64,000 nucleotides of DNA from Basidiobolus meristosporus CBS 931.73. Lineage: Eukaryota; Fungi; Basidiobolomycota. The notes beneath the pieces are model-generated. The model saw only the letters and a program-made list of their open reading frames with translations. It was not told where the DNA came from and made no database searches. The stretch is from contig MCFE01000309.1 in NCBI GenBank assembly GCA_002104905.1, positions 33,777 to 97,776 on the forward strand. Reading direction: 5' to 3'. Shown here one piece after another: positions 1 to 12,562 of the stretch. Positions within the stretch are counted from its first letter, which is position 1, and every line of letters begins with the position of its first letter. Made by a program: the position numbers and the translations under genes.

Positions 1-723
1 TATACATCTTCTTCAAGAAATCTTGCTACATGTAGCTTTAGCTGTTTGAGTACACAGAGTACCCCCAGTGCTACTTTATTGACTGATTGAGAGTTGAGCA
101 CATTTCCTTTGAAAAGTCAACTGAGATATTTGCAAGGATGTTGATGATAATCTTCAAAACTTGAATCATGATCCCACCAACCCCAATTACAGAGCTATCA
201 ACTGATACAATGATTGGTTATAAATCAATAGCATTGTAGTCTATACCTGCTAAAACAGATGGCTTTGAAAATAACTCAAGCAATGTCAATATAACATTTG
301 CCTGTACTTTGTGCTATTCAAATTTCAAGTTTTTCTGTAATAGTTGAATAAGTGGCCAAGCAATGTGAGCATAGTTCTTGATTCAAACTCTGAATAAGCC
401 AGTCAGCTCTAAGTGTTGTCTAATTTGATGAATAATGCCTGGTGTCTTTCAACTCTGTGCTGTTGGATATTTTCAGGATCAGGAAGTCTCCCTTTTTCAG
501 TAACAAGTTCACCTAGAATGATTGCATTGTTGGATCCAAACTTGGATTTGGCTCCAGATACAGCTGGACCAGAAGCTTGAAGTTTCTCCCTGACCCTTTC
601 AACAGTCAATATGTGATCATAAACAGATCCACTAGGGTAAGACATGTTATGTACATTTATCTTTGGACTCATTCTTAGCTGCAATGTCATCAAGAAATAG
701 TCAACATATCTCAGGGAAGCAGT
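1..723 (-). pseudogene. Old Gypsy family A remnant, RT/RNase H region
   Basis: ORF 409-693 (ERVREKLQASGPAVSGAKSKFG...ELVTEKGRLPDP) is colinear with the near-intact family A pol at ~59000-59720. Confidence 0.85.
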
Positions 724-1090
724 TATTATGACTTAATGCTTGAATGTAGAAGTTATATAAGTTTCCAGTCAAGTCAATTAGTTTTATTTTTAGCCTATCT
801 GTAAATTAGTATTATCTATCAAATATGTAGTATTAGTCAGCAGATGAGCCAGCAGATTGTGATCAGACAGAACTAGATATGATAGTTATCATCTGATTGG
901 GTGATGACATTGCAATCAGATAAGACATCAGCCACAACCTACATTAGAAAATACATTAATACAACAATTGATCTGGCAAAATGTTTACAAGCAGTTGCTG
1001 GATCCTCAATAAGAATCAGTTCAAGTTTTAGTGAGCACTATACTAGCTAAGATCCCTATTCCTTACAACTCTTAAATCAAACTTGTTAAA
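724..1090 (+). repeat. Family B LTR (5' LTR of B1)
   Basis: Matches the seven other ~365-bp B LTRs (TGTTATGATC...GACTTGTAACA consensus); followed by PBS. Confidence 0.85.
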
Positions 1091-2773
1091 TTGGTAGCAG
1101 CAATAGCCAGACACCTCCCCCCTGAAGAATGGAGTAGCCTCCTTCAAGCTGTCAGAAATTCAAGAATGGAAAAAAGCTATGCAGCAAATCCTGACCTAAC
1201 AGCAACAGTCACACCAGATCCTCAGCCAGCAGCAACAAGGAACAATTACCATGGCCCAGAACCAGCAAAGCCCTGTCAGGAGCAACTTTACTGTCAAACT
1301 CAACCTGTGCTATGGCAACTTTGGTGTGAACAATGACTGGTACCATGGTAGAGTCAACAAAAACCTGGGAACATGGCTCTTTCAGATTAAAGAAGCATTT
1401 AAGGCTAATGGAATTGCCCCAGAAAGTAAGTTACACCATGCAGCCTCTTACCTGGCAGGTGCAGCCTTACAGTGATACCACAACAAGATCAAGTCAGCAC
1501 TATGATAGGATGCTCCACTATCTCAATCTGGGATGAGCTTGTGCTGAAAATTTAACAAACCTTCCCACCAGAACACACCACTAAGAAGGATGCTGAAGAC
1601 ACTCAGACAGAAAGGAATGGTTAACAATACATCTATGAGTAGGGATGTCTACTGCGTCAAGCTGAAAGCATGAACCCCCTGATCAAGTTGAATACTTTAT
1701 TGATAGGTTGAAAGAAAGAACTTGCAAGGAACTGAATTATCAAAGACCTCAGACTACTGAAGAAGCCACCAAGTTTGCCATTGACCATGATTCAGCTATG
1801 TTTGGGGCTGGGAAGCCCACAATGACTAATCAGAGAGGCTACAATCACAATGAAAGAAGACAATCAGAAGCAGTGTCAATGGAAACACACACTATGGAGA
1901 AGAACCTCACCTCAGCAGAATATAAGAAGAGAGGACTTTGTTTTAACTGCCACCAGCAAGATGATATCTCAAAGTACAGCCCTCAGAGTAGAAATGAACA
2001 CCAGTCAACAAAAAACTTTGGCCACTTTGAAGCCCTTGAGCATTGTAACATGGAGGATGAACTTGAAGAAGACTCAGTGATCACTTTCCATATGACCAAT
2101 GAATACTTCTCCCAAAGGACCTCAAACTCTGGAAAGCACTTATACTAAAATGAAGTAACTAATAGAGTACCTGCCACAATTATGATTGACTTAGGGGCAT
2201 TGCATGTGTACATGTCAGAGCAATTTGCCTTAAAAGCTAGAATCAACTTAGAACCCACCAAACCAGCTTCAGTCTCAAAAGGTGATGAGAACTCTCATAT
2301 AATCAGCCATATTACTTGGCAGTAAGAATGAGGATCAATGACTATGAAGTAGACCTACAAGCATATATATTTGGCAACTTCCTGTTTGACCTTGTACTTG
2401 AAAAAACATGGCTATTCTTTGTAATCTATCAATCAACTGGAGAACCCATGCCCCCAATCCAAAAAGACAACCATACCTATGAGCTCCCACCTGCCTGACT
2501 ATATTTTAACTTGGTCAAGTCCAGTGTGTGTGGAACAAGTGAACCTAGCAAAACACAGTTCTGCAGAGCACTTAGAAAAAGTACCCAGAGGTTCCTCATG
2601 GCAGTATTACAGGAGGGTTTCCCAGCTCCAGCACCTTGGAAGGTCCAGGCTCGTATAAAGGAAAATTCAGATGTGTTTTTGGATGAGCTTATAAGCCTAT
2701 CATCAGCTGGAGATGTGGATCATGCCATTGATACAGCAGATAGCCCTCTACTGTGTAATACACCTTACAGAAT
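1091..2773 (+). pseudogene. gag-pol: Family B gag (zinc knuckle), protease and RT start, disrupted
   Basis: WLFQIKEAF gag motif, degenerate knuckle CFNCHQQ, similarity to B copy at 41358-43140; several stops and frameshifts. Confidence 0.8.
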
Positions 2774-3104
2774 GCCTATGAAAAATTATTGAGATGATCC
2801 TGTCAAAAGGCTGTCACAAAGTTAATATCCCATGACTGAGAGGTACCAATCTTGTCAGGACACTGTCCAGAGTCCATCAAAAAATAATTGCACCCCAGAT
2901 TTCACAAAAAACTTTGTCAAAATTTTTCATCACAACAATGTATAAGTGGTCTTTGATTGGTTCCCTGCCAATTTGCTCACTTTCTGATCCCAGACACTCT
3001 ATTGCCTCCTACATTTGTGTGAATTGATTGTCTATTGCCTCTTTTTCACACGCCTTACTTCCTGACTCAACAATTTCTCTTACTTTTCATGCATACAATT
3101 TGAT

Positions 3105-5160
3105 TTATTTCCCATGAAACTTCAGTTGTACCTCAATTGCCAATTGTATTGACCTATACAAGTTTCTATACCCTACTCTAACATTAAGCCCAACCCCACA
3201 CTCAACAAGTAACTCCATTAAAATCCACCACTCAATAAGTATTTCTGCTGTAACTCTCTGGTTCCACAACTTTGGCAGGAACCCAACGGCTTTATGCCAC
3301 TGTTCATTCACTGGTTCCCATATGTCCTGGTCTTCAGCCAGCACTGCAAGGTCTAGCTCCTCATCTGCCAGTCTTTGCAATAAATCCTTGCAATATTCCA
3401 GTGCATTTTTTTGAGCACTGCTCTTGAAGAAGTGCTGCAACCTCTTGGTGTGCCTATTAATGCTAAAGCTCCACTGAAGGCATTGTGATTGTCTTTTGAG
3501 CTCTTGAAGTTGTAGCCTTGTCTGTCAGTGGGATCTCCACTCTGTCAACAATGGAGGCTGTGGTAGACAAATTGCCTTTTTCAGCAAACTCATCTACCTT
3601 GCTGGAGTGTAGCTCAACTGGCTGTGCTTCCAACTCTTGTGAAAACAGCTGTTTTCTTGTTGGTAATTCTTCTTGGCAATGATGGGATTCAGTCTGTTCC
3701 TGGCTTGTGACGTTAATTGGCAAGAGCTGCAGTTTTTTTGCATGCATCCCTGTCTCAGGCTTGGGTAGACATTTTTCCCTTTACCTTTTCCTTTATCACT
3801 GCCAGGTCTTTCACGGCTACTTTGTCTGAGTGCTTCTTGTAAAGAACTACAATTTCTCCTGGATAAATTCTGCTCTGACACATCTGTTTTGGCCTGCTTG
3901 TCCCTTGCTGGCACTCTTCTGGCAACCAGATGTTTCTTTTCCGCTTGTTTTGAGCTCTCAACCATAGTTGTGACAGGCTCCTGTAAAGGCAGCTGGTTTT
4001 TATCACTGCCAGGTCCTTCACAGCTACTTTGACTGGGAGCTTCTTGAGTGGTACTTTGCTTTTCCTTGATAAATGTTGTGCTGGTGTATCCATGTTTGCC
4101 TGCTTGTCTTTAATTGGCACTCTTCCAGCTGCCTGACATCTCTTTGAAGCTTGTCTGGAGCTTTTGGCCCTGCTTGTAATGGGCTCTTGAGGAAGCCGCT
4201 GGTTTTTAGCCATGGCTCCCTTGTTCTTCTGCCTTTGATAGTTTCTGCTATTCTTACAATACTTTCTTAGCATACCAATGCTGGCCCAAAATCTGTTTGC
4301 CCATTTGAGTCCAGGATAATGCTCATGGAACAAGTCAAGTGCATTCAGCTTGGCCTTGAGTTCCTGATGGTCCCATGGTATGCTGGCCTCAAGGTGATGG
4401 CATGCTAGACTTCTGATGGCCTCTTGCATATCAGCCCACTCTTCATTATTGCACTCAACGGCTTCACAGATCTTCAATGTCTTTTGATTTTTAGGCTTTA
4501 GTATAAACACCACATTGTCTCACTCCCATACTGTGATAGCTTTTTCTATGGGCTTTATCTTTGGGCACTGTTGTTGTGCTTCAAAGACTGTATGGTGTTC
4601 CTCTGCTGTTACATCCGGAAATGGCTCAATTCTTGGCTGTGACATTGAGCTACTTGAGTTCCTTCTTTGCAGCAAAGATACTACTTTCTCTACCTGAGAT
4701 ATTGATTGCTCTACATGTATTATCTGCTCATCCTGTTTCTGGACTACTTCCTGATTTCTCTGGGCCATTGCTTCTATCCTATCAGCCACTGCACCTAATT
4801 GCTCTATTAATGCTTTGGTATGAGCTGACAACATACTTGCTAATACAGGTGGTGGTGATGTTATCTTGGCCACTTGCTGATTTCAACAGAGGGTACTGTG
4901 TTTGCTACATTCTCATCTGCCTGAGCATAACAGTCAGCTTGTGGCTCCACAGAGGTTCTCAATTGCCTACTTGACTGAGAGCCTGAGGAGTCTGCATTAT
5001 TACCTTCAATGGGCACAGTGTCCACAGGGCCTTTTTTGGATGTAGCCCTGCTTGTTGCACTGAATGTCAAAGCAAGCTGTTGTCCAATTGTTCTTACGTT
5101 GCCATCAGTGGTGGGGTTTGGTTGAGAACCAGACAACTTTGCTTTACTTTTTGGCGGCAT
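3105..5160 (-). pseudogene. Accessory gene of the CACTA-like element, function unknown, fragmented or multi-exon
   Basis: Consecutive minus-strand ORFs 4861-5160, 4520-4873, 3755-4513, 3463-3747, 3105-3440; homologous DNA at ~35340-37060 and 63200-64000. Confidence 0.6.
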
Positions 5161-6232
5161 ATATATGGAAGTGAGTCAAATCAAAGGGGAAATAGTGTTA
5201 CATATACATGTGTTTGTGGTGCCACAACTTTATTTATAATGCTTACTATGGCAGGTCATCATTGAATCTTACATTCATGTAGGTGCAATGTCTCAAATAC
5301 AAGACTGTCTTAAGTTCACATGAGTATTGACTAAAAAGTGCTATAATAGCATTATGTTGTTGAAGGTCAAACTGTTTGACCCATGGACAAGACTACTTTG
5401 ACTCAACACCATAAGAGAAGAGAAAAAAGACCATGTGGCTATTGTGGCAAGCCTCTCAGCCATGAAGCACACAGACAGCATAGGAAGTATTACAAGGATC
5501 ACAGCCAGTGTTTTGCCCCCCCCCCAAGTCATATTTGACCATTCATTGGTCACTACTGTACCAACATTATCTTGCCGGCCAGTTGATACTTCTATATTGG
5601 CACTTGGCTGTCTTTGTCACCTGGCACATACTAAGTCAGGTGAGTTTGTGACACCTTTAGGCTCACCTCAGCCTGCTGAATATGGCACGTAGAGTGATAC
5701 CTCTGACAAAGAAGGTTCACTGATGGATTTTGAGCCTATCTCCCATAACAACAGTACCACATATGAGCCCGGTCAAATCCCTCTATGCAATGAGGCAACA
5801 CCCGTTGAAACAAATGCCAAGGATACTTTATGGAGCCAAGTGAGCACAGTAATACATCTACTGGTTAATGATGTAATGTTCTGGCTAGAGAAGTGGCGCA
5901 TTTCCACTAATATCAGTAATGGGGGCTTTGAGGATTTATTGCTACTTCTTGCCAAAATCAGACCGGCATGCAACTTACCATGTACATGGTACAAGTGGAC
6001 AACCATCATGCAGCTGGCAACATATGATCCAGAGACTGTCCTGATTCCAGCATGTGTTAACAGTTGCATGGCATTCACATCCAAAAATGCTACCATTGCA
6101 ACGTGTCCAAATTGTCAGGAATCCACCGCCATTGAGGGAAAACATTGTTCACACTCTGGATATATTCCGGTCATACCCTGTCTGAGGAAGCTGATGCAGT
6201 CCAACAAATATTGCAAAGCTATACAGTACTGC

Positions 6233-7303
6233 TGTGGTGGTGTATAGGTGCAAGGGAGAGATATATCCAACACTTCTCAAGTGTTTTGTGTGTGGAGTGT
6301 TCACTGGGTGCAATGACCTCTGGCAAAAGCTTGCCAGGAATACTTGGGTTCTTTCTCTAATCTAATGTGAAGGGGAATAAAGCCACAACCTTGTCAAGGG
6401 AAAACTATTGAGCTACAATCCCCAACTTAGTTGGCATCTTAACAAAAGTATGAACTGGGTTCAGCATCCTTTGAGATGACAATGTACTAAAGCTTCCAAA
6501 GTCAAAACAACTGTAAACTCCACCAGCAGGGACTTGATAAGAATGCAGCTGTGGTCAATAGTTACAAAGACAGAAAAATATCTTTGCCTGTACAAGAACA
6601 AACTTGGGAAAGAATCAAATAGAATAAAAGATACCTACTCTGAGTATTCCTCACAAGTAGTGCCTCCAAGGTCTGTTGGCTGTCAGCATGGTTTCCTGGG
6701 AGTGTCCTGTGGTCTAGGGTTGGAAGTTCAGGTAGCAGCAGGTAGCAGTGATCACACTAATCAACAAGTTGGTATATTGATAAAAGGGATAATGATTTAT
6801 TGTTGAGGGATAGCCTCCCTTATATACTTTTCTTACTGGCTAAGTGATTGCTAATCATGGTGTTCCAGAAGGTTCCGGATATCAATAGCAATCTTAATGA
6901 CATCAGAATGACCTAAGAATGTTCTAAGTAGGTGCCAGAAGGTTCTAAGTGGCACAGCACATCCAACCAATCAGGAACCAGTATTCTGAAACCTGTGTAA
7001 CAAAGGGATACCATACATGGTATGGAAATGGTAGGGATGGTGGCATGGGTTGATCATGTATCACGGGTACTGTTGCAGGTACTTGCCTAATATAGAAGCA
7101 CTTAAAGCTAGTAATCTTACATAAAGTGAGGGGTAACTTATGCAATAAGGTAAGCAGGTGTGATAGTCAACTGGCTTATGGGATAGTACTGATTGGGTAA
7201 GACAAATGGGATAAAACTAAAATAAATGTAGTAGAGATATAGGGAAGTTGAAAATAAGGGAATGAGCACATCTGTCAGTGGGTGTCACTGTCACCCCACT
7301 ACA
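6233..7303 (-). mobile_element. Solo LTR of Gypsy family D
   Basis: TG...CA ends, 1071 bp, CTGC/CCGC flanks (4-bp TSD, one transition); reverse complement matches D LTRs at 47330-51531 and 55520-56207. Confidence 0.85.
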
Positions 7304-7494
7304 CCGCACTTGGTATCAATCAAGCGCAAACATATCTGATATATTCAATGGCAAACATTACAAACAGCTAAGAAGCAAGGGCTACTTTGAAGGTGTGTAT
7401 GACCATGGCCTTGCTTTAGCACTTGATGGATTCTCATTAAACAAGTAATCTACTAGCAAATCCTGCTGGCCACTGATTCTCATCAATCTGAATC

Positions 7495-10400
7495 TGTTGT
7501 AAAAATTTGTATTTCCACCTAAATATTCACATAATTTAGTCACTTAGATCATTACCTTCAAATCCTAGAGAATACTGACCAAATTCTTTGTTGGTATTTA
7601 CTTAGAATATTTTCACCAAAACACCAGGTACCCAGAACATGATAATTCTCAAAGTTGTCCAAACAGCCCCAAACTTTGCACACATGCTCTTGGGACCTTC
7701 CTTAACCTATTCTACGTGTTTTTAATGCCCAGGCCAGGTGAAAGTATAAATACTACTTTTACATTCAATAAATCATTAAGTGAAAGCAACATAATCTATT
7801 TGTCATCCAAATCACTTCCAATATCTCCAAGACTCTTACAACAGGCTATGAGCCCCAAGCTGTCACTCTCTGCAATGTCTACTTATGCTATTACTGGAAT
7901 TTTTCCCTCTGCTGAAAAGTTGGATGGATTTAACTACCAAGTGTGGAAGGTGAAGATGAAGATGCTGCTACAAGAAAGAGGCCTTTGGGATATTGTCATG
8001 GGAGAAGAATGCCCTCCTAAAAACATGGGAGAGGAAGCCTTGAATTACCAGAAGAAAGAACAAAGTGCCTTTAACTGCATTTGTCTTAATGTCAAGGACA
8101 AATTGCTAATTCAATGCTCAAGAGCAAAAATGGCAAAGAATGCCTGAAAAGCATTAGAAGACACCTACCAGTCATGTTCAGCTGCCAAGAAAATGTATCT
8201 GAGAAGAAAATACTCTACTACAAAGATGCTGCCAGGAGAAGTAATGAAAAATCTAATTAACAGAATTACCCTGCTGGTAGATGAGATGGAATCTGTGGGT
8301 GTACCAACTGCTGATGAGGATGTGATAGTTACCATCCTGAATAGCCTGACAGACAAGCTTTGGGGCCTTGTATCAGCCCTAGAGTCCAGAACTGAAGATT
8401 TGACCTTAAATTACATATATGGAAGGCTCCTGGATGAAGAATTAAGAAAATCAAGCGCTAATAAGAAGGAAGAAGAAAATGCTTCAATAAGCAATGATAG
8501 CCAAGAAAGGAGGTACCCAAGACCCTACAAAGGCAACAGCAGCCTATTTTGTAACTACTACAAAAGGAAAGGACACACATCAGACTGGTGTATCAAAAAG
8601 AGAGAGTATCAGCAATAGAAGCCTGAATATGGCAATGCTGCAACAACTGAAGATAGACTATTCATATCTGCACAATATATGACCACAAACAAGGATTCTC
8701 CGACGTGGTATATTGACTCTGGAGCTTCTCAACACTTTACACACCAAATGAACTTTTTACCCAATATCAAGAAATTCCAGTTAAGAAGGTTTTCATGGGT
8801 GATGATAGAACACTTGATGCAGTGGGAGAAGGAACTATCCAAGTAAACCCTAGAAGCAGTGAAGGAAGCCATACACTGACCTTTAAAGAAGTACTCTATG
8901 TACCAGAAATAGCCAAGAACCTACTCTCTGTAAGCAAGGCCACAGCAGAAGGACTTGGTTTCAGTTTTGCCAATTCTGCATGCAGGATCACTGATCAAAA
9001 TGGTGCCCATATTGCTTTGGGTATCAGAGATCAGAGCCCATACAAGTTGACTTATATTCCATCATATTTCAAAGCCAATATAAGTAACTTAAATGAAGAA
9101 ACACCAATGATTTGGAACAGGTGAATTGGGCACATCAATTTTAATTATTTGCGCAAAATGATTAAAGATCAGCTAATTTCTGGAGTGAAAATTGATCCCC
9201 CACTAATTTGAAGCACTGTGAAGCCTGCATATATGGGAAACAAGCCAGTCAACTGTTCAAGAGCTCTGGGTTAATAAAAACTAAGAAAAAATTAGATCTA
9301 ATTCACTCAGATCTGTGTGGACCTATGCAAAATTTATCCTTAGGCAGGATGAAGTATTAAATCACTTTTATTGATAATTATACAATATACACATGGGTCT
9401 ACTTCATGGTGAGAAAGGAAGAAGCTCTGTCTAAGTTCAGGGGGTTTAAAGCCATGGTGGAGAGAAACTGGTGAAAAAATCAAGAAAATATGCTCTGACA
9501 ATGGTGGAGAATATACCTCAAAACTCTTCATCCACTTCTGCAAAATTCATGGGACAAAGCAAGAGACTACTGTACCACACTCCCCACAGCAAAATGGAGT
9601 AGCAGAACAAGCTAACAGATCAATAATTGATATGGCAAGATATATGATCCATGATCAAAAATTATCCTATGATTTTTGGGCGGAATCAGTTGGCACTGCT
9701 GTATACCTTAGAAATAGGAGTTATAACAGGATACTTCGTGATTCTACTCCATTTGAAGCATGGTATGGATACAGACCAAGTGCAGAACATCTAAGAATAT
9801 TTGGGTGTACAGCATATGCCAAAAAACTGGCTGGAAATCAGTCAAAATTTGAGCCAAAAAGTGTAAAATGCATATTTTTGGGCTGCTGCAATGAGAGTAA
9901 GGCATACAGACTCTACAATACCAAAGCAAAGAAGCTGATCAAGTCCAGGGTTTTGTTGTTTGATGAAAATTCAAAATTTTCACAAGAAATGACATCATAT
10001 GATGACCAAAATTTGATCTCAAGTCCACCAATTGTCAGGACTGAATCAGAGCAAAACAATGAAAATTTTTTCACTCCAGAGGACTCTACAACCATGGTTC
10101 AGCCAGAATTGGTGTCCAGGAATATCCCAGAAGTGATCATTCCAGTATCAAATGCCCCAAGATCCAATTGGACAAGCAGTAGCCCAAATTACTATATCAA
10201 TGAGGGTACAAACTTAGCCTATGCCTATTCAGTCCATGTTGATGAACCCCAGACTGTGAAAGAGGCCCTAAATAGCCCTCAGATGAAGTTTTGGAGATCT
10301 GCAATGACTGAGGAATATCAGGCCCTAATGGAAAATCAAACTTGGGACTTAGTTAAATTACCAATCAACCAAAGATTGATTGGATGCAGATGGGTCTTCA

Positions 10401-10900
10401 AGACAAAATACAAGGCTAATGGTACAATTGAAAGATACAAAACAAGACTTGTAGCCAAAGGATACTCTCAAACAAAAGGACTTGACTATACTGAGACCTT
10501 TGCACTGGTAGCCATGTTTAGCTCCATCAGATTAACATTGGCTATTGCAGCCAAATATAAGATTTTTATTCATCAAATGGATGTAAAAACTGCATTTTTG
10601 AATGGAGAACTTGATGAGGATGTGTATATGGACCAGCCTGATGGGTTTGTTGACCAAGATAACCCCCATTTGGTCTGCAAGCTTAAAAAGTCACTCTATG
10701 ATCTCAAACAATCACCAGGAGCATGGAATTGCAAGATAGATTCTTATTTGGAATCTTTGAGTTTCAAAAGAAGTAATGCCAACTATAGCATATACTATAA
10801 GCCAGATAGAGCAAATCCAGTTCTGTTAGCTCTATATGTGGATGATCTTATTATAGCCGCCAATAACCTAGAAACATTGGAACAGACTAAATCCAGTCTG
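7495..10900 (+). mobile_element. Ty1/Copia family 2, 3'-truncated (5' LTR 7495-7843)
   Basis: TGTTGT...ACAACA LTR; PBS GGCTATGAGCCC at 7844-7855; gag EKLDGFNYQVW, PR WYIDSGAS, integrase, RT to LYVDD; right boundary approximate. Confidence 0.85.
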
Positions 10901-11425
10901 AAACATTTGCTTTTCAACAATATCCCTATACTGATGAACAAGAAGTACATGGGGCATTTCAAGCTAAATGAGCCCTTTGAGATACCGGAGAAATTTGAAG
11001 AAACTGGTAAGATATTACAGAGTATCTGCTACCCTAAGTACTTCTCACAGGCTCCAATATATATTTATACGCATATGCAACAATACAAATGCAACGACTG
11101 GATGAACTGGATATGTATTTATTCAAGTGGTGTTCTGAAGCCATTCCTGCCAAGAGTACATTGGAAGCATTGGGAGTCATATGTGGACATTGTAGGAATA
11201 TTTATTCAGAAGCGGATCACCAATGCCAACTTGACGCATCTACAGCTGTTGTGTGAGGAGTGTGTGATGGGATTTGAGCAACTATACACAAAACATAAAG
11301 CTGAATGCGTAGATCTCTGCCGCTACTGTGTCCATTCTCTACTCCATCTTGCATGGTGTGTGGAGAATATTGGGCCTTGCTTCACCTTTTGGGTGTTTCC
11401 TATGGAGCAGATGTGTGGGAGATAG
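9632..11425 (+). CDS. 597-aa chimeric ORF: copia integrase C-term + RT N-term fused to CACTA transposase C-term
   Basis: Copia motifs (GCRWVFKTK, HQMDVKTAFLNG, LYVDD) run without a stop into HLLFNNIP...FPMEQMCG; junction near 10900. Confidence 0.7.
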   Translation: MARYMIHDQKLSYDFWAESVGTAVYLRNRSYNRILRDSTPFEAWYGYRPSAEHLRIFGCTAYAKKLAGNQSKFEPKSVKCIFLGCCNESKAYRLYNTKAKKLIKSRVLLFDENSKFSQEMTSYDDQNLISSPPIVRTESEQNNENFFTPEDSTTMVQPELVSRNIPEVIIPVSNAPRSNWTSSSPNYYINEGTNLAYAYSVHVDEPQTVKEALNSPQMKFWRSAMTEEYQALMENQTWDLVKLPINQRLIGCRWVFKTKYKANGTIERYKTRLVAKGYSQTKGLDYTETFALVAMFSSIRLTLAIAAKYKIFIHQMDVKTAFLNGELDEDVYMDQPDGFVDQDNPHLVCKLKKSLYDLKQSPGAWNCKIDSYLESLSFKRSNANYSIYYKPDRANPVLLALYVDDLIIAANNLETLEQTKSSLKHLLFNNIPILMNKKYMGHFKLNEPFEIPEKFEETGKILQSICYPKYFSQAPIYIYTHMQQYKCNDWMNWICIYSSGVLKPFLPRVHWKHWESYVDIVGIFIQKRITNANLTHLQLLCEECVMGFEQLYTKHKAECVDLCRYCVHSLLHLAWCVENIGPCFTFWVFPMEQMCGR

Positions 11426-12562
11426 GAAGACAAGTCAAGTTGCAGGTACTATCATATCCCAATCTCATCAAGAATATTACCTTCAAGTCCATCATGGATG
11501 TGATGAGTTGGCACATGGAGGACAGCCAGAAAGAGTTGGAAAATACTGAGGACAAATGTGCACATGGAGACACCTATGCCTATGGCATTAAGAAGCTAGG
11601 CAGCCCCAATGCGTGGGTAATCAATTAAGTAATGCAAAGTTGGGATGGGTGCAACAAGCAACTGATTTTTATCAGGAAAGCTCCACCAAGATATGCCAGA
11701 TTTCTTGTGGTCACAAGCCAACTGCTACACCATTCAATATGGAATTCACATAAACAAAAGCCAGAGCGCACCTATAAGGGGGACTAGAATCCAGCAGGGA
11801 GAAGGAATATATTGGCTAAATACTAAGAAGTTCTTTGCCAATATTCAGGATGTATTCATGGCAGAAGTGGCAACAACCAAGCATATATTTGCAAGATGTA
11901 TATGCTAGCAGTAGTACAAGGTATATGGCAACTTTGCAAGTATCACACTAAAAAGCCGTAAAGTTGATGTGATAGAAGTATGCCAATTGCGGCAGGTGTG
12001 CGCATTTGTAGAGGTTAGTAAGAAGGAGGCCATAGTTTTTTTTGATTTGAACTATATGTGGAATACCCAAGGTAGTAGTGGGTTAGCAAATAAATAAGGT
12101 GATTCTACAGTGGAATATATGAAATGCACAAGGGGAGGTAGAAAAAGGAAAAACCATTTGGTAAATTGGTACAGTAGCATTGTACAGAACCAGCAGCAGG
12201 CTGTCATACTGCCAAGAAAAAGCCATCAGAGTCTTGCTGTGAGGCCGTCAAGATACCATCAAGTTTCTTGCCATATAAGGCAATTGAAAGCCCTGGCCAA
12301 CTGGATCCACTTAAAATAGTAATAGCGCGCTGAAAGACCGCAACAATACCATGCAACTATTGTCACAGCACCAATCAAAAATTGTCAAGCTTTATCCCTT
12401 TATTTGGCTGTAAAATTTGCAAAACATCATTGTGATCTTGTTATAAGATTGTCAGGAGGGTCACTGATTCCAAGCTGCTGTTATTATGACGGTCTCTAAA
12501 CAGGATCTTGACGGATGATCTGAATTGGATCCACCCATGGGACCAAATTATTTTTTATAGGG

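Larger units (their letters stand above)
5723..11628 (+). pseudogene. CACTA/EnSpm-type transposase (Tnp2/DUF4218-like), split by two LTR insertions and a deletion
   Basis: ACVNSCMAFT...TCPNC motif (5723-6232); DIFNGKHY...LALDGF...WPLILINLN (7304-7494); DWMNW...HSLLHL...GPCFTFWVFPMEQMCG (~10900-11425). Confidence 0.75.
2774..12562 (+). mobile_element. CACTA/EnSpm (CMC)-like DNA transposon with both termini
   Basis: Imperfect TIRs (G)CCTATGAAAAATTATT / AATTATTTTTTATAGGG; AT at 2772-2773 and 12563-12564; the flanks rejoin to CAGAATGAGTCC as in the uninterrupted B copy at ~43017-43028; transposase motifs inside. Confidence 0.75.

Noticed and set aside
4515-4974. Hydrophobic plus-strand ORFs resembling membrane proteins (also many other 60-140 aa ORFs in the track)
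   Set aside because: Antisense or alternative frames of TE genes in stop-poor, CpG-decayed DNA; no independent support
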